From the human T2T-CHM13v2.0 reference genome, Homo sapiens: DNA of 64,000 nt. A program made the translations under genes and the position numbers. The notes under the pieces were generated by a model. It was not told the origin of the DNA. It worked only from the letters and a program-made list of their open reading frames with translations, and searched no databases. Positions 56,523 through 64,000 of this stretch are shown here, piece by piece; position 1 is the first letter of the stretch; each line of letters opens with the position of its first letter. The DNA is taken from the NCBI RefSeq assembly GCF_009914755.1, contig NC_060936.1, one strand, 5' to 3'.

Positions 56523-57125
56523 GCATATAATGTTATGTCAAGACCAATAAGTAAAGGCATATGGCTTTACATAAATTTGATTTATCTCTTCTAGTAGAGT
56601 TTAATTATTTCTGCATATTCTGACATCTGAGTTGAAAATTCTGCTATTTATATTGGTTTTTCTTACTTCTAAAGAAATCCTTGACAAATAGCATATTTCT
56701 GAAGCATGATCTAGTGGGATATGGCTACACATTATTTCCAGCATATTTAAATGAAAACCTCTTGACTTTCAAAATAAGATTATGGAGAGGCTACTTCTTA
56801 AAACATTTAGTAGGCTGAGTGAGTTTGCAGTGTTAAACACAGTATTGATGGATGGGGGGTTATTTGTAGAAATAATGGGATGTGGTTGTGCACAAGGGGA
56901 ATAGTTAGAATCAATAAATTTCTGTTTTATTTAGAATATATAATCTTATTTACAACTGAAAAAAAAGTACATAGATTTGTATTCTATACTTTTACTTATG
57001 GCATTCAATACTCTAGTATCTTCATTTAATGAAATCCTACCCAGCCTTCAGGGGTAGGAGTTTTACCTAACACTCATTTTTATTGTGCATGCAAAAGAAA
57101 TGTTAACTTAATTGATAAATAGAAA

Positions 57126-57605
57126 TGTATTAGTTAAAATTAAGTTTAGCTGTGAGTGACTGAAAGCTCAAAATAACCATGTTTTAAACAAGACAAAAGT
57201 TGATTATCCCTCCTACAAAAGTCTAGGTACTTGATCAAGAGTCAATATAATATCTTCACAATTATCAGGAATTCTATCTTCTTGTCTATTTTTGCTCTGC
57301 TATCCTCAACATGAACCTCCATCTTGTGATCAAAGTTGGTTGCTCTAGCTTTATTCATCATGTCTTAATTATAACCAGCATAAAAGAAAAAGGAGAGATG
57401 AAAGAAAGGCCTATTTTCTTTAAGGATACTTTGCAGAAATTGGGTGTACCTTCCTTTATCTCTCACAGAGAGAATAAAAAAAAAACCTTATTGACCATTC
57501 CAGCAGCAAATAAATTTGAGAAAGTCACTCCTTATTTTAAATCTTTTCAGCCAAAGGCCAAGAAAGGAGAGAACAAATATTGGGGACAAATAGCATTCTG
57601 TGACA
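57126..57605 (-). mobile_element. Old MaLR LTR (MLT1J/K-like)
   Basis: TGTATTAGTTA...TTTAGCTGTGAGTGAC...TTAAACAAGA start. Confidence 0.55.
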
Positions 57606-57632
57606 TAACAAATCATCTTCACAACAACATAT

Positions 57633-58158
57633 CTGTATTAGTTCTCTATTTCTGCTGTAACAAATTACTATAGTTTAGTGGCTTAAAACAAAGGAAACTT
57701 ATTATCTGACGGTTCTGGAGGCCAGAAGTCCAAAATGGGTTTCACTGGGCAAAAATCAAGGCATTAGCCGGGCCATGTTTCCTCCAGAAGCTTTAGACGA
57801 GACTCCATTTCTTTGCCTTTTCTAGCTTCTAGGAGCCATCCATAATACTTAGCTCGTTGCTCCTTCGAGCCAGCAATCACATCACCTAATCTCAGCTTCT
57901 GTCATACAGCTCCATTTCTTCTTCTGCTTCCATCTTCACATCACTTTGTCTCTGTCTCTGATGCTCTGCCTCCCTCTTTTAAGAACCCTGGTAATCACAT
58001 TAGACTCACGTGGATTATTTGGAATAACTTCCTTATCTTAAGATCCTTAATTTTAATTGCATCTGCAAAGTCTCTTTTGCCATTTAGAGTAACATATGCA
58101 CTGATTGTGGCAATTAGAACGTGGACATCTTTGGAAAGCATTATTTTGTCTACTTGCC
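57633..58158 (-). mobile_element. MaLR LTR (MLT1D/E-like)
   Basis: CTGCTGTAACAAATTAC...TTAGTGGCTTAAAACA...GTTCTGGAGGCCAGAAGTCC...CATCTGCAAAGTC. Confidence 0.85.
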
Positions 58159-58199
58159 ACCTATCAAAATTTAGAGAAAACATCAAATGACATTAGTAT

Positions 58200-58390
58200 T
58201 GTAAGGTATTTTATAATTTAATGTTTTCACATATTTTCATATCTCATTTTTGAGAATAGTTGGGAGTTAGACAGGACATGCACAAGACTCCCATTTAAAA
58301 GAATCATATTGAGATTCAGAGAGGTTAAATGTTTTTGAGAGTCACATAGTTATTAGTGAAGATAGCATTGAATCTAATCCCCTCCTGATA
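58200..58390 (-). mobile_element. MIR fragment
   Basis: TGAGATTCAGAGAGGTTAAAT....GTCACATAG. Confidence 0.55.
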
Positions 58391-58621
58391 GATCCTGCTG
58401 CACAAATCCCATCATCATCTTAAGATTTCTCATCCTGTGATTTATAAGCCATCTTTCCTTCCTAAATTTTCCTCAGAGCACTCCAGTTAAAATTTCCTTG
58501 AGGAAGCAATCACATTCTGTCTGGTGGGATAGCTTATTATTATTATTACTGAATTTCCTGAACAAAAAGAAAGAAGCACAACTTATCATCTTTGCCTTCC
58601 CCTAAACAAACTACCACATTA

Positions 58622-59000
58622 CAGTGGACAGATTTATATGTCAACTGGGCTATAGTATAGGTTACAGCTTTTCAATTCAAACTAATGTATATACTTTTGT
58701 GAAGATATTTTATAGATGTGATTAAAATCCATATCAGTTTACTTTAACTGAGGGAGATTATCCTAGATAACATGAATAGCTCTGATTCAATTGGTGGAAA
58801 AACCTTAAGTAAAGAACTGAGGCTTTCCTGAAAAAGACGAAATTTGCAGATAGCAGTTTTGGCTGGCGATTCAGCCCGCTCTTTGGATTTCAGACTTGTC
58901 TTGCCAGCCCACACAATCATGTAAGTCATTTCCTTGTAATAAATCTCTTAATGTATATCTCCTACTAAATTTGTTTTTCTCTGTGAACCTGACTGATACA
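58622..59000 (+). mobile_element. MLT2D-like LTR
   Basis: TTTTATATGTCAACT...TGTGAAGATATTTTATAGATGTGATTAA...GAACCTGACTGATACA. Confidence 0.75.
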
Positions 59001-60679
59001 TATAGATAACCTACATTTTCTAGGTCCCCTATTCATGTTTGTTGATTCAAAAAGATCTGAGAATTTTGGTACTACTTAGTCCTACATATTAAGACTAAAT
59101 TGATCAAACAAACCCACATAACGATGAAATGACTATAACAACTTACTATTAGACTCCTTGACATGTTCATAAAGATCTTAAACTTACTTCTTTAATGAAA
59201 ATTTACATTAAGATCATATTTATTTTGAATATGGGTCAGTGTTTTATCTTCGAAGACAACAATTTTACTTTGTACATGGCTATCGGCATTCCAGGAGTTG
59301 CTATAATCATTGCAGTATCTAAGTACTCGTCCATTCATTCGACAAATATGCATTTATTGTTTGTTTTAAAACTATAGAACTACAATAGTGAGAAGACAGG
59401 AAAAGATTATCCTCCCTCACTGCTTATGGCAGTAAGAATACAGAAATAAATAGGCAGATATTTTCCCCGTTCTTTCTAAAGTAGCCCAAGAGCCAAGATT
59501 TCTTGCTAAATACAACATTCTGCTTTCTTAGAATTCATAGTTGAACACTGAAAGGGCCTTTATGATGTTTTTATTGCCTTTTCCTGATGGGAGGGACTTA
59601 AAAGCTGTAAGATAAGTCATTTTCCTTGTTTCTACTTCCACTGTGGAAGAAATGCTCTGTTTTAGCCAAGAAAATACAGGATCAAAAGAAGATGGAAGAC
59701 CTCTGCATACTAGGTCAGGAAATTCCTGGAATACCAGGCTGTTTCCAATAACAGCAGGTCATTGCTTGTATCAGCCTGTATTGCTGACATGCAGTCAGCA
59801 CTGATGGCACCGTAAGTACTAAATGGCAAGCAATGCTCATAAATCTTGGTAGGATCGTGGGCCACAGGACTCATGTCTCAGATTTTCTTTTTGCCTTGGT
59901 TCTGATTGAAAGGAAAGGTTTTTTGAGTTTGGGACATCTATCTTTAAGAAGACAATCTCTTAATTCTGTACTTGCAGGCTGCCCAGTGGCTTACAGCAGC
60001 CATCATCCTTGCCATTGTCTTCCACATTCTATTCATTCCTCCACTTGTACCTGTGTTCAGTTATTAGCCATGCCATGGAAAATTAGCCACTTAATTAGCC
60101 ATGCCATGGAAAAAATAATAGTCATGCAATGGAAAAATAATAGTTGGAGGCCAGCTTCATCCCTACAGCAGACATTGATTAAGTTATTGACTTTTATTTT
60201 AGAAAAGAGAAATTTAAATGACTTTTTGGTTACATTCATAGCAGCAGATCTAGTGTGATACCCAGTGTAGGTCAAAAGAAACAGCTTAGAATAGCCAAAC
60301 CATCTTGCTGAACAATTTTTTCTCTTCCTATGAATAAAACCAGAAGATAAACTGATCTTCTTAATTCAAATATTAACCTTTCTCCTTTGCATCCAAGAAA
60401 TATCTTTGCTTCTCCGTGATAGAAATTTTGGCTTACCTATCTGGATATCTATAGAAGAACACTCACAGAGGATTTTTCTATAGACTACTAACTGGTAATG
60501 ATCTAGAAACAGCTTCTGTCAAGCCAACAAGACTGTGCCTGAGAGAGAAGCAGTGTTACAAAGATAATCATCAAAATGGCAACCATTTCCAGGCACAGAC
60601 TAAGATACTACTTTGATCCCTTTAGAAATTTGCAGTCTGCAAGGAAGTGGGTTTTTTAACAAGAAAATGCAGATAAACC

Positions 60680-61040
60680 ATGAAAAGTATACTAAATTCT
60701 TAACTTTTCAATTATAAAAGTAAATCACGTTTATAATAAATGAAATCTGAACTGCACATAAAGGTATGACGTCAAAAGGAAAAATGCTCTAGTCCCTCAC
60801 TGCTTTCTCACTTCCCAGAAGTAACCACTGTTGAAGATTATTTGTGTATCTTTCCGCCAATTTTCTCTGCATACATAAGCATAATGTTTATATATTTTTT
60901 CCTCAAAGGTATTATATATGTAGAATTCTGTAAGTTACACTTTTCAATTAGCAATAGATTTTGAACATCTTTCCCTGCAAAATTTACAGCTCTCCTATTT
61001 TCTTCTCGAGGCTTGCATGATAGTCCATTGTCCCTCTTGA
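60680..61040 (-). mobile_element. Old L1ME 3' fragment
   Basis: CCCAGAAGTAACCACTGTT...TGTGTATCTTTCC. Confidence 0.6.
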
Positions 61041-61549
61041 ATGAATAATCACACTATCAATAGCGTTAGCAATAATTTTAATTTGTGTAATATTTTTATA
61101 GGAGATCTAGTGTGGGTTCGAGAAGGCAGAAAAATACACGAGGGGCAGAAACACAAGACAGCCTGTCATAAAATCTGTAACTAAGGTATATTTTGTACCT
61201 GGAAGACAGGCCTATTTTAACAAGGGAATTTGAAGGAAGCCTTAGAAATGAGGTATCATTTGAAACAGATCTTCAATGAGTAAGATGCTGCCATGAAGCA
61301 ATGTGGGGAAACATTGTTCCAGTGATGAGGAAAAACATAGGGATGAATAATGAAGACAGACTTGATGTAACTGTTTTATAAGAGGTTGTTGAAGAAAGAG
61401 TGGGAATAGAGGATGATTAGTGAGCAAAGTTGTACAAGATAAAGTTACAAATATGGATTTTAAAACATAAAATTAGAAATATAAGTTGAATTCAGATATT
61501 AGAAGATTTTAATTTGGGTTTAAGAGTTTGAAAGTTAAGCTTAGAGACT

Positions 61550-61768
61550 GGTGGTTTTCAGTGGAAAATGACTTTGCCTTTCAGGGGATAAGTGGTGATG
61601 TCTGAAAACATTTTGCATTGTAACTGTATGGTTGGTTGCTACTAGTACCTAGTGCATAGAGAACAGGGATGTTGCTAAACATCCTGCTAGGCACAGAAAA
61701 ACTCCCTTCCCACAGCAGAGACTTACTGGGTCCAAAAATGTCGATACTGCCAAGATTGTGAAACCCAA
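61550..61768 (+). mobile_element. MER20 (hAT-Charlie) non-autonomous DNA transposon
   Basis: CAGGGATGTTGCTAAACATCCT...CCAAAAATGTCGATACTGCCAAGATTGTGAAACCC. Confidence 0.85.
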
Positions 61769-61836
61769 ATGACACCCCAAGTTATTAAACTTTGTACCCC
61801 ATCAGTAAAGAAACAAACAAAAATATTAAGCACTCA

Positions 61837-61838
<2 letters not shown>

Positions 61839-61870
<32 letters not shown>

Positions 61871-61876
61871 TGTGTG
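61839..61876. repeat. (TG)n microsatellite
   Basis: ~15 perfect TG units plus a short tail. Confidence 0.97.
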
Positions 61877-62010
61877 TAGTTGACCCTTGAGCACGCCGTT
61901 TGAACTGTGCAGGTACACTTATAAATGGATTTTTTTTCAAGTAAATGCAGATAGAAAATATAGTATGCATGGGATGGGAAACCTGTGTATACAGAGGGGT
62001 GCCTTTTCAC
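61877..62010 (+). mobile_element. MER8-like (Tigger) fragment
   Basis: AGTTGACCCTTGA...GTTTGAACTG...CACTTATA..TGGATTTTTTTTCAA...GAAAATATAGTAT. Confidence 0.75.
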
Positions 62011-62242
62011 ACATGGAGACACAATGGTATATGTGCGTGCATATACATGTATTTATATATGTACCTATCATTATATAACATAAATGAAATATTGTAAATA
62101 CTTTAATGCATATTTCATTTTATTTATTAGTCATAAGACTGATTTTTCTTTGTCCAGAATATTAATTTTTTTTTATAATTAAACTTTTACTATATCATTT
62201 AGACTGAGAACAATATGGGTGAATTTGCTTCATTGTTTATGA

Positions 62243-62606
<364 letters not shown>

Positions 62607-64000
62607 TAATTTTGCTCTTGTTTAGTTTTATCCACTGTTGAAGATGAAAATAATGTCACAAAGTAACATAGATACAAATGAAACAAATGCACCATTTTCT
62701 AGGCTTAATCAATCATAATATTTACTTTTAAATCCTATCCATTCATCTTACAGAGATTTATGTTGAAATTTGAGTAGCAAATTTCCGTCTGTATTAATGT
62801 CAACCATTTATTCTCCCCAGTTCATCAGATGGTGTTGAGTTTTTATTCTATTAATAAGTGGCTTATAAACCTAGTAAAATCTTGGACTTGGAAGGTATTT
62901 TAACACATTTGAAAATCTCTTTTTCACCTTTTAAAGTTTGCAAATACGAGAGATTTTAACAATAAAATCATATATGGACAGATATAGTTCCAAATATCCA
63001 TTTTACAAATGCCTTCTACATAGCATAAGTTCTTTTGAATAGGAGTTACTTTCTCACTCATTGCTAATTTATAATCTTTACCTCGAGGTTAGAGATTAAG
63101 TGTACTCATTCTTTCAACATCTGCTGAGCAACATATTTCTGAAAACCATTCATCACTGCAGAAAGGAGTAGCATATTTGCAATCTAGTCTTTTTTATAAA
63201 AGAAAACTGCATATTTCTTCATTAAATATTATGCTTATTTTAAATATTCTGCCATGAAATAGCTAGCAAACCTCTGTATTATATATGTAATTTGCATAGT
63301 CACCTTACTCTCATTATGAAGTGTTTTAAAAATCCTAATCAGTCATTTAAAAGAGAATGACTATATGCTGCATACACTCTTACACTTTGCCATACTAAAG
63401 TAAATGAAGGAGTAAGGGGGTCATGCGTATGGACTCTATCACATCATCTCTCAGGATACCAGCAGTGTCTCTGACCATGGGCAGTGTTGGGAATTGTGAG
63501 TAATGGAATTTAATATTTGAAATGCCAACTATTTCTAAATGTTTTAGGATAATCATAAACAGACATTTGAATAGTTTCTTGCCGAATCTCAGTAAATTGC
63601 TTTATGCACCCTCTTTGGGTACAATAGAAAACTGAAAGTCATCTAAGGCTTCTGAGGAGGAGAGTGGTAAGATTAGTTCGGTATTTTAGGGAGTCAACAC
63701 AGGTTTGGTTTGTTAGTCACCAAATATTTCTCAAGACCAATGGGATGGATTTTAGGAAAGGCAGATTAAGGTTAGGAGGCATGTAAGATAACACCGTCTG
63801 GAGACATTGAGGAACAGAACCAAGACATGGTTTATTTTGAGAGGCCTTACGGATATTGAATCAATAATTATGTAACAATAGGAGTAAAATGAGAATGAGG
63901 CTAGAAAGAGGGCTAGAAAGAGAGACAGAGAGAGAACAGAACACCTTGGAGGAAAATAACACTGTCAATGAAAAAGGAAATGAAGGATAAGGACAAGGGT

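Noticed and set aside
59833-60258. 141-aa ORF in non-repeat DNA
   Set aside because: No recognisable domain or exon context, and it runs through a slippage repeat; the length is compatible with chance.

Overview
AT-rich, CpG-poor primate (most likely human/hominoid) intergenic or intronic DNA. I find no supportable protein-coding gene, RNA gene or CpG island. The ORFs in the track come from microsatellites, Alu, MaLR-internal or L1 sequence. Much of the window is interspersed repeats: Alu (J/S/Y, FLAM); a 5'-truncated ~3 kb L1PA3/4-like element with an 18-bp TSD and frameshifted ORF2; older L1M, L2 and MIR pieces; many MaLR/ERVL LTRs (MLT1, MLT2, THE1B, THE1D provirus, MSTA); two non-coding MER4-group ERV1 proviruses; LTR8, MER31, HERV16/LTR16, MER20 and MER8. 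Family names are by recall of consensus sequences, not by database search, and boundaries of old elements are approximate. The most unusual signal is a cluster of templated rearrangements at ~43.2-54.6 kb. It includes a ~725-bp inverted duplication spanning an L1MA/HERV16 junction, a third short copy of that junction, and direct plus inverted copies of an LTR U5 end stitched into an ERV leader. It also holds an AT-rich VNTR that flips orientation. Elsewhere there are iterated inverted micro-templated repeats (596-706), a twin-primed old L1, three-level TE nesting and three DUX4-consensus motifs in THE1 LTRs. I see no evidence for a new protein-coding system.
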